Of a stretch of DNA of 64,000 bases, positions 13,240 to 26,989 are shown in pieces. The notes under the pieces are model-generated. The model saw only the letters and a program-made list of their open reading frames with translations. It made no database searches and was not told where the DNA came from. The number at the start of each line of letters is the position of its first letter. Within the stretch, counting starts at the first letter, position 1. This DNA is from Octopus sinensis (lineage: Eukaryota): NCBI RefSeq assembly GCF_006345805.1, contig NC_043015.1:5084001-5148000 (forward strand). Direction: 5' to 3'. Made by a program: the position numbers and the translations under genes.

Positions 13240-14073
13240 CACCACCGAAAACCAAAATTGATAATTTCAAAATTCGGCAAAAGCCCAGGATTTTAGGGGT
13301 GGAGATAATTTGATTGCATTAAAAGCCACTGTATAACTAATCCGTCGCAATAATTTTAGGGGTAAATATGGGCTACAGCAAATACTCTGCTCAATATCAC
13401 AGAGTTGCTTGTCAGTTGTTTTACCTTAACCAGCTTAGCATGTCATTTAGTGGTCGACAATATGTGCATCTCTGATCACGAGCAGAAGCAGTGGAGGCCC
13501 ACTATAGCCATGTGGTGAGAGGAATTCTTTGGTGATTGAATACCTCGCCTTTAGAAACATAATTGTTTCGTTCAACATCCCCAAAGAAACCTTATGCAGG
13601 GACATTTTGAGCATTATTTTATGCTCGACTTGAAGAAAATTCTAACTGGGCCTCATCTGGAAGAGCATGCGCTGTTGATATGAGATATCTTGATATGAGA
13701 TAACCGTGTCACGCACATATTGTTGTGATGCATGTGCATGGTGTACCCTTATCAGAAGGGTAGTCCTGATGTGTGTACTGGGCTTCGCATATTTCACCCC
13801 AGTGTCACTTTGATGGCATGGACTGCTCTCTCGCTCAATAATAATGATGATGATGATGATGATGATGAGGATTTCATTATTAACCACAAAGTGTTTACAT
13901 AAAAAAATCATTATGGACAACATTGACAAATAAAATATGGGGTTACATGAAAATCGTGTAAACAATAAAAAAGGAAAAAAACAATCGAATATAACAGCAA
14001 AATCCTCCCAAAATAGGGAGACCCCCCTAGGACTGCTCGTGAAAATCCTGCAAATCCACAATAGTCATGACCA

Positions 14074-14677
14074 CTAGAGTAAGTGCCCTTCGCACTTTTT
14101 CTAAAAGTACATGCTTTGAGTAGGCACATTTAGTCGGGCCATTCTTGCGACATTCACCCCCCCCTTTTAACAAAATTGCTGGGGATGGGGCAGAAAAACC
14201 GTCTTCACAGTTTTCTTTTCAAGTGAAACTTAAAAACGTTGCTGAGGGCTTCATAAAAAATGAGGCATATGTCCTTCTACCCTTTCAATATAAAGCATCA
14301 CAAACCTCTTTTACTAATGCTATCGATAACCGGATCGACGTGAGAAGATTGAAATCTGAATTTTTTGGGGATGTATTCTTTCATGTGTTTGTGTATAGAC
14401 GTGCAATCTCGCTTTCTTATGGACATGTACTGATATTGTTTGTTTATTTTTATATGTATTACGCTGACGTTGGGGAAAAATCTATTTAAGATTTTAATCT
14501 TGAAATTAGTTAATTCGCAATTCATATGGAATGCTTTTTAAATATCTTTTCACTCGCCCGTTTTCAACCGCGTGTATTTATGAAGTTTTTCTCGGTAACT
14601 TCGTTATGTTTTGACATTCATTCACCATGGAGGAGAAAGGTCATGTTTCGACTATATATATATTACTTATATATAGA
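14074..14677 (-). mobile_element. Probable non-autonomous Helitron
   Basis: Minus strand begins A|TCTATATATAAG and ends with hairpin AAGTGC-GAAGG-GCACTT, then ACT-CTAG|T; no TSD or TIR. Confidence 0.5.
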
Positions 14678-14740
14678 TAAATTCCTCTAGTTACATAATA
14701 TCGAGGTCTCATTTATTATTCTGCTGTCATATTATTATTA

Positions 14741-14790
<50 letters not shown>

Positions 14791-14791
<1 letters not shown>

Positions 14792-14956
14792 ACGGCAGAG
14801 TTCTTTCAGTTTCCGTCTACCAAATCCACTCATAAGCATTTAGTCGGCCCAACGCTATAGTAGAATTCACTTGCCCAAGCTGCCATGCATTGGGACTGAA
14901 CCGGGAACACCATGTGGTTTGTAGTCAAGCTAAGTATCACGCAGCCATTCCTGCGC
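14791..14956 (-). mobile_element. SINE family A, 5' half
   Basis: CTTTCAGTTTCCGTCTACCAAATCCACTCA...GGGACTGAACC matches 27547-27970. Confidence 0.8.
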
Positions 14957-15031
14957 GTACGTGTCTATATATATATATGTGCGTGTGTGTGTGTGTGCGT
15001 TTTTGTATGTATATATGTATATATGCATGTA

Positions 15032-15115
<84 letters not shown>

Positions 15116-18100
15116 TGTATATATATATATATGCATGTGTGTATATAACTGTTTATATGTATATATGAGTATATGTCTATATGTATGTATATATATGTGC
15201 ACTACTAACATATTTACTCCTTCGCACTGATACACACATATTCACACACATACAAACTCATATACAAACATGTGAGTTTCTTAGTTTATATAAATAATAT
15301 TTATCTCGTTTGTTGATCGTTATTTCTCAAGATCTTTCTCAGTATATTAATATTGATGGCTCTTAAAATAATTTATAATATAATATAAATGTTTTTGCAA
15401 TATGGCTGGTATATGTTTACAACACAGTGAAAAAAAGACAATGAATTTAGCTCATTTACTTCTATTGTATTGCAAATGAATTCATTAAATGCAAAGGCAA
15501 TTAGCAATTTCTTTTTACGAATAGCCAAAAAAAAAAGAAATTTTCATTCTAGGCAAGCAATATTGTCTCGAATGTTGGTGTAGAGAATCAACTTTTTAAA
15601 AAAATATCTAGATGTTAATTTAGATATTCTAATTATTTTTCATTTATCTAAATAATTTAGGTGTTTGTGAAGACCCGTAAATTGCACTTATGTCGTTAAT
15701 TATCAATTATCTAACGTAGAAGCTTTGTGCTGGGTGATCGTTTATCTATTCAACGGTAATGAATTACCAAAGACCTGCTAATAATCGATCCAGTGTGTTC
15801 ATCTTTTTATGCTAGGATGACTTAAATGAAAACGTTATAAAAGAAGGACGATTCAATGAATGATTGCTTTTTTCAATTATAATTTTCACCAAGTTTAATT
15901 CACTAAAAATATATATAGTTTTTGTTAATGCTGATGTAGGTAATATTGATAAAATACTATTAACAGCACCGCTTTTGCTTTCTTTAAGTCAATTTATAGA
16001 ACATATGACAGAAACAACATATAAAGTATATTGTATGTTACACATATGACGATGTTTGCTTCCTTTCAATACTTTCATACGAATTCACTGGTAAAACAAA
16101 ATCGTTATGTCGATTGAAAAGAATTTTCACGAAGTTGTGGCTTTCATTTGCCTTTCAAGAAGCAGCCTAAACATTTTCGCGCCGTTTGTTTTGTTTTGTT
16201 TTTTCTTTGGAAGCTAAACTGATTTAATAAATTATACAAACAAATACCATTTCCTATAGAAACTTTCATCCCATTATTATATATTCTAAAAGAAAATACT
16301 ATTTGCTGAAGATAATATTCTTTTGGAAAATTTCATACAGTCACGATTTAGTTCCATAGAAAATTATATTAAGTAAAGATGTAATAACATGATAAATTAT
16401 ATTCACAGAAACAAATGGTTAAAATAATCTGCAGAAATTCTAACACTGCACAGGTATCTAAAAACAACTTAAATGCATCTTATACAAAGAAAGATTCGAA
16501 ACATGATATTTTTGTTACATAAGTTGTCATTAATACATTTTTGGACACACTATCATAAGTAAAGCAGCTTCAACAGTATATACAATATGCTTCTAGCTAC
16601 CGGTGCATTGAAAGGATTTCTATCAATTTGGCAAAATTGGCTTGTTGACAGCTTCAGGAAAACCAACTGTGAAAGTGTCATAGCCATTATATATCTAAAA
16701 CTATGTAATTCTAGAGACGAAGCATGGATGTCTTCATGATTGTATTCTTAAGATAAAAAAAAAATAATGATACGCAGTCGGATTGCTGTCCGGTAAATGA
16801 AGAAGAATTAAGTTCATAGGAAATCTGTCAAAGAAAGACAATGAGATCACACGCTTTATCATAGTGATATGCGTACACTCTCATTACAATATATGCGCGT
16901 TGACAATAGAGTGTATTGAGAAAGAGCCATACAATGAGATATATAACAGAAAAGAATAGATTGAGCACGTTTGATTAAAGAGAGATCTATACAAAGAGAA
17001 GTAAGGCACTTTAAAGCAAAAAGAAAGAAGACCAAAAGGAAGATAATAAATATTATAAGTAGAAGAAAAAGGCACCTGAGAAAGGATATTACGATAGGCA
17101 AATCTCAAATGTTAAAAGGAATATAGAGATTGTAAGAATAAAAGTGAAAAAATGTTGGGAAGTAAAAACTATTGTCACATAAAACTATGGAAAAGTAAAG
17201 CAATATGCAAGTGTTTATAAAGAAAGTTCGCTTCAACTTTTAGCATTATAACGTGATATGAATTCTGCAACTTTAATCTTGTACATAAATTCCATCATTT
17301 CCCTAGTTTTGCAACTTTTTAAATGCCTGACTTGAAAACATTCTTGGGCGTTGAATATAAATATGTAATTAGTTCTTTGTGTATGCTTTCCCTACTGGTC
17401 ATAATTTTCCAACTTAAATAGCTTTACAGCAATTTAAATGTATCTGCATATGGAGGCTGTGCTAATTCTCCCAAATATTCCAGCACTGTTTTATGAGTTT
17501 GGTGATGCGAAATGATGCACTTATTTTGATTAAACAGATCTCTTACTCTCCTTTGTAAAGCAATGCGGTTTTTGTTCACTGTAAAACAGTCATCCATCGC
17601 TGATTGTAGGCTTTAAAGGTGATGCTTAACTGGAACTTATTTTAACGATCCTGAAATGATGTAAGTCAAATTCGACATCGACAGACCATAAAGAAAGACG
17701 AAATACTGATGAGCACTTAGAATTTTGCCTCGGCGTGCTAACGATTCTATCAGATATAACAAAAACTGGTGAACCCCACACCCAAAGAAAACTGTGGCAG
17801 TAACGGAAAAGAGCCCATAACGCTAATATTGAATTGAAGGGACACATCTCAAAGCGACGTGGCAGGATTTCTGAGAGACAATGTAGAAATGTTTAAACAA
17901 TGCTTATTGAGAAAATTGATATTGCCACAATCTGTAAGTGATTTCATTTGATGCTACTTGGACATATATCTTTTAAACAGTGTTGACATTTAAAAGTCAG
18001 TGGAGCAGTAACAGTTGATAGGAGCAATATTCCCTTTAACGGTGAATTCTTCCTATCCTATTATTCATTTAATAGTTTCAGTAATCTGACTGCAGCAATG

Positions 18101-18439
18101 CTTAAGTTTAAGATAGCCACCTTAAGGGTTAGAAGATATTCGATGAATTGCTGGTTTGTTAGCTATCATTATGTGAATAGTAATAAGTATAAACTAATAG
18201 GTTTAAGAATAAAACTTTGTTTATAATTATACAAATTAAAATGCAGAAAATAGACAAGTAGCGTTAATATAAATTTTTAACTGCAAAAGGTCAACATGTT
18301 CCCTTACATCTCTTTCGACTTCGCCCAAATGAATGAAATTAATAAAGAAATTCATAATCAAATGGAATTCAATCATATTTTGTATACACATACCATACAT
18401 CTATGGGTATGCACACACACACACACACACACACCACAC

Positions 18440-18472
<33 letters not shown>

Positions 18473-19450
18473 GTGTGTGTGTATACACACACACACCCAC
18501 ATATGTATATACATACATACATATATACACTCATATGGTAGTACGCAATGGGAATAGAAATTTCTAGGTAATAAAATGTAGATACAAGTAAAAATATATG
18601 CATATATGTAATGATACATTCTCATATACATACGTAAATTACAAGTATATAAAGAGTAGTTATAGATATGTAAGTATGAACTATGAACCTAATTTAGAAT
18701 ACAGGGGGCATAAGTACTCCATCCCCCTCAATTACTCTCACCTAAGAGAGTCTGTACCTGCCATCTCATAAATGGCTTTATTTGCAACTAACTTCACTTT
18801 AACTTCACTTTACTTTCTGCAATATGTGTTAACTTGTTGAAATTAACTTAATTTCATTCTGGGCTTAATTTTTAGTCAGTCTTTTGGTCCACTCTCATTT
18901 ATATATGACCTCATTAGATTTACTTATTTACGAACCCCTCCTCCTATTCTTATGCCATAATTAAAGAACTTAATATTAACTGCACACCTCTTTCGATTGT
19001 ATTTGCTTGTATTTTGTACTGCAGCAGGCGCTTTCCTTTGAACCATTATTGCACTTAAGGATATTTTGTATGAATTGAAGTGTAGTTTTGTGATAGGCCC
19101 TCTATGCATGCGCCCAAGCAACGGTTGATATATCGAAAAGATTAGTAATATTAGCAATATAATTATAATTTTTATTATTATAATTATAATAATATATATT
19201 AAGTATGATTTACCAAATTGTGCTAAGACCCTGTATTAGTAATAGTAATTAGCACGGGATTTAATTTTAATCAGTTCATTTGGGGATTTGTATTAATGCC
19301 TTCTCATAGGTCCATTAGGCTGAATGTATTTAGGAATATTTAGACATTTGTCTAGTAAGACCATCGCTATATAATAACAGGTAAGTTATATATATTTTTT
19401 CAAATAATTTTATTGTATTATATACAGCAGGTTTTTAAACGCTTATATTA

Positions 19451-19675
<225 letters not shown>

Positions 19676-19747
19676 GGATATAACTTTCTACATATATTCC
19701 ACACAATTAGGATTTGCGGTTCTATTGGTAAAATCCCGAATTTGTAA

Positions 19748-19781
<34 letters not shown>

Positions 19782-19782
<1 letters not shown>

Positions 19783-20320
19783 ATATGGGTGGATAATTTG
19801 TAAGTTTCCGAACGAAAGGCAGAAATATGTACGTCATTAAAAGGAACACAGGGTACTAATTAGCACCAATATTGCTAGAAATAGGAGTCAAAGTAACTCA
19901 GTATCAACAGAAGAGCTGTCTTAATGGACTGAAAAGCTGCCTACGGCCGCAGATATGGCAGCATCATTGATGATGTCGTATTATGATTCTTAACGAACCT
20001 TAATGCACATCGGTAGGTCTCTCCGCGCCTAGGGTTAAACACATTTTCCCTGGTGAGCTTATAAGATTTCCGTTGAAATAATATGCTGATTTCATAAACG
20101 GTAAAAGTTTAAATTATAAATAATATGGGATGATAATTTGCAATTTTACAGCCTAAAGCTTGGAACATATACCTCATTAAAGTGAACAAAGGGCACCGGT
20201 TTTGCTAGAAATAAGAGTCAAAGCAATTCAATAACCACAAAAGCACCGTCTTAATGAACTGACAAAGGAGACAAGCTCCCTTGGGTTGCAGATGTAGCCA
20301 GTTCATAGATGATTTCGCGT
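19782..20320. repeat. Diverged direct repeat, about 200-bp homologous unit at about 340-bp spacing
   Basis: AATATGGG..GATAATTTG, TCATTAAA, TTGCTAGAAATA.GAGTCAAAG, GTCTTAATG.ACTGA and GCAGAT recur in the same order from 19782 and from 20122. Confidence 0.8.
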
Positions 20321-20336
20321 TTAGTCACTTATATAT

Positions 20337-20395
<59 letters not shown>

Positions 20396-20677
20396 TGCAC
20401 ACAGAGAAGAAGTTTCATTTGGAAATTTGAAAATATACGTAAAAATACTATGTAAAGAAGACCAAGTGACAGAGAGAAATAAGAATAAAATGGACAGAAT
20501 TTTCATGTATAGATTACCAAAAGCATCGACAGAAACAGGCCATTACGTTTTCCGGTAGTATACTCAAGATTTAAATACATATAAATCCTCGAATGCATAC
20601 CTACAAACACAGACACACACACACATATATATGAAGGTATGTGTGTGTATGTGTGAGTATGCGCCTTTTCAGGTACT

Positions 20678-20728
<51 letters not shown>

Positions 20729-21312
20729 CACACACAAAATATATATATATATATATATACACACACAAAAATGTGTATGTGTACTTGTGTGTTTCAGAGA
20801 GAAGAATATAGTGAGAGAGAGAGAGAGTATGTGTGTGTATATAAATCAGTGATTAGTATATAAAAGTGTACGTTCCTAAATACAGTAATACATATAATAC
20901 GCCAGTACATTCCTTCATAAATACTATATACAACCAGACATGTGAACACATGTGTATACAGGTATGCAGAAGCAAAATTCAGTAAAATCTCAGCGCTAAA
21001 ATGAGAAGAAAAAAAAAGCAAAACAAAAACAATCTACAAAATAATAATAAAGGTACTAGAAATGTCACCAGAAAATATCACGAAGAATGTGACAGCGTGT
21101 AAACAAAATCTAAGTTGGTAGGTGATAAAAAAATTTGAAAAAACAATTTCAATAATTTGAAAATGAAAGAAAAAATTGCTGAAGACGATGTTAAAGATAA
21201 GAAGTTTTATGCATATATCTTACTGCAATGTATCTTTCTTTACTTCTATCTTTTTGTCTGAATGTCTAGTAATCTCACTCACACTTTCTCTCTCTCTCTC
21301 TCTCTCTCTCTG

Positions 21313-21355
<43 letters not shown>

Positions 21356-21435
21356 TTCTATGACTATATATATATATATATATGATGTAAGTGGGATAAT
21401 AAATAGTTGGAAGGAGAAAAACAAAACCAGTAATA

Positions 21436-22205
21436 ATAATGATTTCCAGAAGAGGAACGAGGCCTGAAAGTTTTGGAGAAGTGATAGTCCATTACATAGA
21501 GCCATGTGGTCGACTCGTCCTTATTTCAAAGACACGGAATGGACGAAAGACAAAATTCGACTTCGGCAGATTTGGAACTCAGGACTTAATAATTTTGCTT
21601 GGTATGCTAACGATTCTTCTAGTTCGCTACTTTAAAAATTATTGTTTCAAATTTTGGCACAAGGCCAGCATCTTCGAGGGAGTGAGTAAATCGATTGCAA
21701 CGACCTCAGTACTCAATCGCTACTTATTTTATCGACTCCTAAATGATGAAAAATAAAGTCACCCCAGCGGAATTTGCGGAAGTGATAACAGCAACATCAG
21801 CAACAACAACAACAACAACAGCAACAACAACAATAAGTAGAAGAAGAAGAAAAAACGTTTCTGACAAAGGCAGTAAGCCTGAAATTTTTAGGTTGGGAGT
21901 AATGGATCACATTGAAGTAAGTGTTTCGTTGGTACTTAATTTATCGATCCCGAGAGGATGGAAGACAAATCTATCTCGACTGAATTGAATGAGAAGAATC
22001 TCAAATTTTAACTCATGATCAGCAATTTCGCATAAGGTGTAATTCCATTATGTCGACCGCAGTGCTCAACTTGTACTTATTTTTAAAGACATCGAAATGA
22101 TGAAAGGCAAAGTCGACCACAGCTGAATTTTAACTCATAAGGTAAAGAGGGACGAAATGCCGCTAAGCATTTTACCCAGCGTGCTAACGATTCTGCCGGC
22201 TCGCA
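21436..22205 (-). mobile_element. Cluster of four same-orientation SINE family B copies
   Basis: Repeated TACTTATTTTATCGAC/AAAGTCGACC/TGCTAACGATTCT blocks at about 21436-21625, 21638-21775, 21855-21990 and 22015-22205. Confidence 0.7.
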
Positions 22206-22881
22206 ATAATGATTTCAGATTTTGCACTAAAGAGCAATTAATATTATTAGAAGCAATGTGTTCAGTTAAGTTGATAGCTGCGCTTGCTGTGAGAAAGGTG
22301 TCCAGGGAATGAACATTTACAAGTTAATTTTCTCAATATTTATAGGGTGAGATCTCTCGGTCTGTTATTGACTTCCATTAAGCTTTCAACCAATCTTATG
22401 AGGGATTGAAGTAGTGACTTCAGGATAATACATAGAAGTCAAAATATTTTGAATAAGGGTCCGTTATTACTGGAATTACCTTACTATAAATCCACATACA
22501 GGCTAAAGGTTACCTTATACAAATGCTCCCTCTGTTGATAAACGCAAACTGTCTCGTCTAAAACATCTAACTAGCCATTGAAGGGGCAGAAAAAAGCACC
22601 CACAAAATTGAGAATATAAATCTGAAAGATATTTTTACCTTAATCAACTAGTAAGGCCCGCGAAACAAATAACAGATCATAGCTGCAGGCAGACGATTAG
22701 GTACGATAACAATGCAATTCGAACATTCATAGTTACAGACACAAAAGAAAAGTCTTCTCTCAGCAATATTACCCCATAGATTTCTTGAAGAAGTGTCTTT
22801 AGTTATGTCTATATATATATATATATACAGTCAATACGAGGGTGTCAAGCCCATTCTCCATTTTCTTCCTTTCATCATTAT

Positions 22882-22919
<38 letters not shown>

Positions 22920-23049
22920 TAAAAAGAATTCCAACCTTGTCTGATTTTCACGTTTTATTTACAATCTTATAATGATATATTATAAGATAATATATTATAA
23001 TTGAATAAAATAAAATGAAATAGTAGAATATTAAATGTTCATTCTGATT

Positions 23050-23092
23050 GAACTAGTACTTTCATGCATTGACTTCTGCAATCTTCGGGTTC
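23050..23092 (-). ncRNA. Type I hammerhead motif in PLE 3' UTR, U4C core variant
   Basis: Minus strand GAAC-CCGAAGA-T-TGCA-GAAGTCAA-TGCA-T-GAAA-GTAC-TA-GTTC; palindromic stem III AGTACT; sense to the PLE ORF. Confidence 0.75.
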
Positions 23093-23580
23093 ATGTAGTA
23101 GTGTTGACAGTCATGCTTCACAATTTTTGACTGTAGCAAGACGATTGATTCTGTGCTATAAATACAGCTGGGTAGGCTCCAGAGTGCTAGGTTTTGCAAA
23201 CTGACCAATCAGTGTGTAGTATCACTCAATTACTTAAGCTGATTGGTTGGTTGAGCTGATTGGTTTAGGCATCACGCTTTGTTGGACATGTCAAGAGTCC
23301 CGTATCTTGACCCTGGCCGAAGCAGCAATTGTTGGGTTATTTTTAGAAATGTTGTAAATATCCTTTGTCAGAGATTTTAATATTTTTATATTTCAATTGT
23401 CATCATCATCATTGTCAGCACCTTCATTATTGTTGCTAGTGGTGATGGTGGTGGCAATAGAACTTTTAACCCTAAATAAAATAATTTTCCTGCTATCTTC
23501 ATCTTGATCACCTTTAGTATTGTTGTTGTTGTTAGTGGTCATGGTCGTAGCAGTGGAAGTAATACCTCTAAGTATTATTG

Positions 23581-24866
23581 TTATTGCTTATTTAGCTTGG
23601 GTTCGAATTTATCAATAAAATTCTTTTCTCTGATTCTCCTCTCGATTTCACTTGGGCTGTGTAATTTGTAGAACGGAAATATTATATACATTTTCCGGCC
23701 ACATGTTGCTAGGTGGTTACTCAAAGGTATCTGACGGACCTCTGGGTCTCTAATCTGTTGCCGGTGTACACGTGAGCGGTCTAATAGTGCGTTTCCCGTC
23801 TGACCTAGATATATTTCTTCACAATTTGGGCATTTGATGCAGTAAATTAAATTCCTGCTTTTGCAGTTCATATTCGCGTTTGTGAATATTTTCCCGGTTT
23901 TTGTGTTTATATATTGACCGGTATGTAGAAATTGGCATGTGCCACATCGGCTATCATTGCATTTAGATACTGTGAATGTTTGGTCTCTGTTGCTGAGGTC
24001 AAATTTTGCCTTTGTTAGTAATGTTTTCAAGTTTTTAGGCTTTTACTAAGCACCATAGCTCGATCCGTGATTATGTCTTTTAATTCATTACTTTGGACAA
24101 TGATTGGTAGGTTTGCTTTGGCAATGTTGAAGATATTCTGGTGACATGGGTTGTGTGTCACTATGAATGGTATGACTTGTTCTTGTTTTCCTCTTCCTTG
24201 GGTTGTCCTAAGTTGTTGTATGGGTATTTTTATAGCCCGCTGTATGCCATTTTCTATAAGTAGAGATGGGTATTTTTGTTTGAGCAAAAATTCTCTTAGT
24301 TCTATTAGGCGTTTGTTCCTGATATTTGCATCTTCTACAATGGTACAAATTCTTCTGGCTAGGCAGTATGGGATGTTACGTTTTGTATGTGGTGGATGGC
24401 ACGACTTAAAATTTAGGTATTGATGTGTGTCTGTGTGTTTATAGTATATATCTGTGGTGATGGTGGTGTCTTTTTTAATTACCATTATATCCAGGAATGG
24501 TAATTTGGTACTATTCATCTCCTTTGTAATTTGGAGAGATGGGTGTAGGTTGTTCAGGAGGATATTGAACTCTTCCAGAGTATTTAGAGATTCTGTCCAG
24601 ATTATGAAGCAGTCGTCTAGGTATCTCTTCCATGCCTTTTCAATATATTTTCTAAATCCAGTGCCATAGTTTACCTCCACCTCTTGGTAGAGTTGTTGTT
24701 CTAAGTATACCATTACAGAGTTGGCGTAAACGGGAGCAAACCTCGTTCCCATCGCCGTGCCTCTAATTTGGATGTAATTCTTTCCATTGAAGAAGTATGT
24801 GTTATTTTCTAGAATAAGTTTGACTGTGTCTAATATAAATGGCACTGTGAATCTGCTGGGAATCAC
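23581..24866 (-). pseudogene. PLE RT-GIY-YIG polyprotein split by one frameshift near 24030
   Basis: GTAMGTRFAP, RYLDDCF, LPFLDI, YYKHTDTHQYL in ORF 24027-24866; CNDSRCGTC linker and NLIYCIKCPNCEEIYLGQT...R..HR in ORF 23581-24030. Confidence 0.92.
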
Positions 24867-24922
24867 TTCTCTATGTTTTACTAACCAGTATTTAATCGCC
24901 TTTATTCCTATATTCCTTTATT

Positions 24923-24957
<35 letters not shown>

Positions 24958-25539
24958 AAGACAAATTCGCTGAAGAGATTTTCGCCACATGGTAAGTTGT
25001 AATGAAACATATATAATAAAAGAAGGTAAAGGCATAGAATTTATGTATTTTTCATATATTTTAAAAGATAAGAGTTTTATGTTAGTCGACTGGTTTCGCT
25101 AATTATGATATTCATAATTGTTACGATATTCAAAATATTGCAATTTCGTATTTTCTTAAGAAGTTTTTGGTCCTTGTTGTTAGTAGGAAAGTTTGTTTGT
25201 AAATATATCAGCATGTATAAAAATCTAAGTGGAGGTAATTGGTGAAAGTTATTCGAGACAGGGGAGGTAATTGCACACAGACATAGTAAATCCATATAAA
25301 CTTATGAGGTAAAGTAGTGAGATGAAATATGTACAAGGTTTGTTTTGTGTTCACGAAGTAAAATATTTACAAACACCAAAATAGTTATGCATTCATTTTC
25401 AGGAGCAGTTTTATATTTTTTCAATATCTATATTTTCTTTCTTTAATCGTTCTCGTATAGAAATTGTTTGCTTGCACTAGTAGATGGGGAAAACTGCAAA
25501 GATGGAGTGGAGATTCGCTGCACATCTCTCTGCATTCAC

Positions 25540-26870
25540 TCAATAGTAATTGTGTATACCTTGGGAAACGGATCTGTTCCGTATGCAGAGTAGACATCCT
25601 TTTATGGCCTATATAGTGGTGTTAACAACCTGAAGAATGTATCACATAAATTATTGAAATTGGTTTTAATAATGAATTTCTGAGTCATTGGAATTTCTGA
25701 GAAATGGAATTCCGAAAATTCCAATAGGTTGGATCATGTTCCACAATTTGGACATACGCATGTTTTGAGTATTGGTTTCGTTGTTGTTGGTAAAGCTTCG
25801 CATTTGTCAGCAGTCTCTTTAGTGATTTTGTACTTTTGATGAATTCATGTGATACATTTGTATATATGAAGAATGTGGATAATTTTTGGATCCCTAGTGA
25901 GCATTGGTAGATTTGTTATGCCTCATTGTTTTAGGTTTATATGACGATATATACGATGGAATCTTTAGAGAGGTGTAGGATTTTATTTTGTTCCCATAGT
26001 GTGTCGGTGACTATTTTCTTGCTATGTTTAATTTCCTTGGCTATGGGTAAGGGTGTATAATGTCTCTCGGCTAGTATGGTTGCGAGGTCGTAAAGTTGAA
26101 AGTTCCAGCTAATTGCATCAGGCATAATTGCGCAAATCCTTTTCGCCAAATTAAGAAGAAATTTTCTTTCGACATGTTTCGAGTGGTATGAACTAACAGA
26201 AGAAATTGCTTCGAGACTGTTGGTTTATGATAGATAACGGATTCAATTTGGTGGTTGACTTTTTTCTATCACAGTATCTAGGAATCGAAGTTGTTCTCTT
26301 TTTTACTCCATTATAGACTGAATATTTGTATATAAAGTATTTAGTACTGGTTTCGATTCGAAAAGTTCGACAATGGTCTCATTCCAAATGATAAAGTAGT
26401 CATCCATATATCTTTTCCAGTTCTCCCTTATATAATAGTAGAATGGGTATCTATATTTATATAGTCAAAGTCCATATATGGTTAATGGTAAATATCCAAT
26501 TCTTAGATCTCAAAAACTGGGGCTGATTCTGTTCCCATCGCAATTCTGTATTTTCGTCGGTCGCAGGTTCCATCAAATAGAAAATGATTCTTCTGGAGGC
26601 TGAATTATAATGTTTCGGTTATAAAATCCTGGTCCATGCATGATGGAAATTATTTCGGATCGTTTCCCAACCAGAATTGCGTTGCTTCAATTTCATAGTT
26701 GCGTGGGATACTGGTGCAGAGATTAACAGCATCGAAAGAAACCATTACTGTCTCTTCAATTGTTTTAGGAAGGTTGTTTAGCATATCTAGATCGTCTCTA
26801 ATGAAACTTTCGATAGATTCCAAAGGGGGTTTCTGTACGATGTCTAGAAATTTGCTCAGACGTCGTACCT
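25540..26870 (-). mobile_element. Heavily decayed Neptune-type PLE (RT and linker)
   Basis: SFIRDDLDMLNNLP...VSFDAVNLCTSIP, IAMGT, WKRYMDDYFIIW, AKRICAI and linker KTCVCPNCGT*; many frameshifts. Confidence 0.85.
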
Positions 26871-26989
26871 GAATTACACAAGAGGCAAATAATAAATAAA
26901 GCCTACAAACATTCACTTGTCCTATATACATCAATATCTAAACAGCAGAATATTTGAAGTTAAGAACCATTTTAATTGGTGCAGTGTGT

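Larger units (their letters stand above)
22916..24927 (-). mobile_element. 5'-truncated Neptune-type Penelope-like element inserted in (TA)n
   Basis: RT C-terminal half, Cys linker, GIY-YIG and a 3' UTR with HHR; (TA)n tracts at both ends. Confidence 0.9.

Noticed and set aside
13355-13866. GC-richer segment ending in an (AAT)(GAT) tail, probably a retroelement 3' end (similar case at 33580-33960)
   Set aside because: No recognisable coding motif and no second copy in the window, so it could not be classified.
17706-17755. CTGATGA hammerhead-like core
   Set aside because: It lies in a decayed SINE B head, with no stem II or GAAA.
24965-25140. Partial HHR-like strings (CTGAAGA...GAAAC plus strand; GAAACCAGTC minus strand)
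   Set aside because: Stem I or the core is missing in each.
25734-25736. In-frame TGA at a conserved Cys of the PLE linker, a possible selenocysteine as reported for some Naiad PLEs
   Set aside because: The element has many other stops and frameshifts and no SECIS was seen, so simple decay is more likely.
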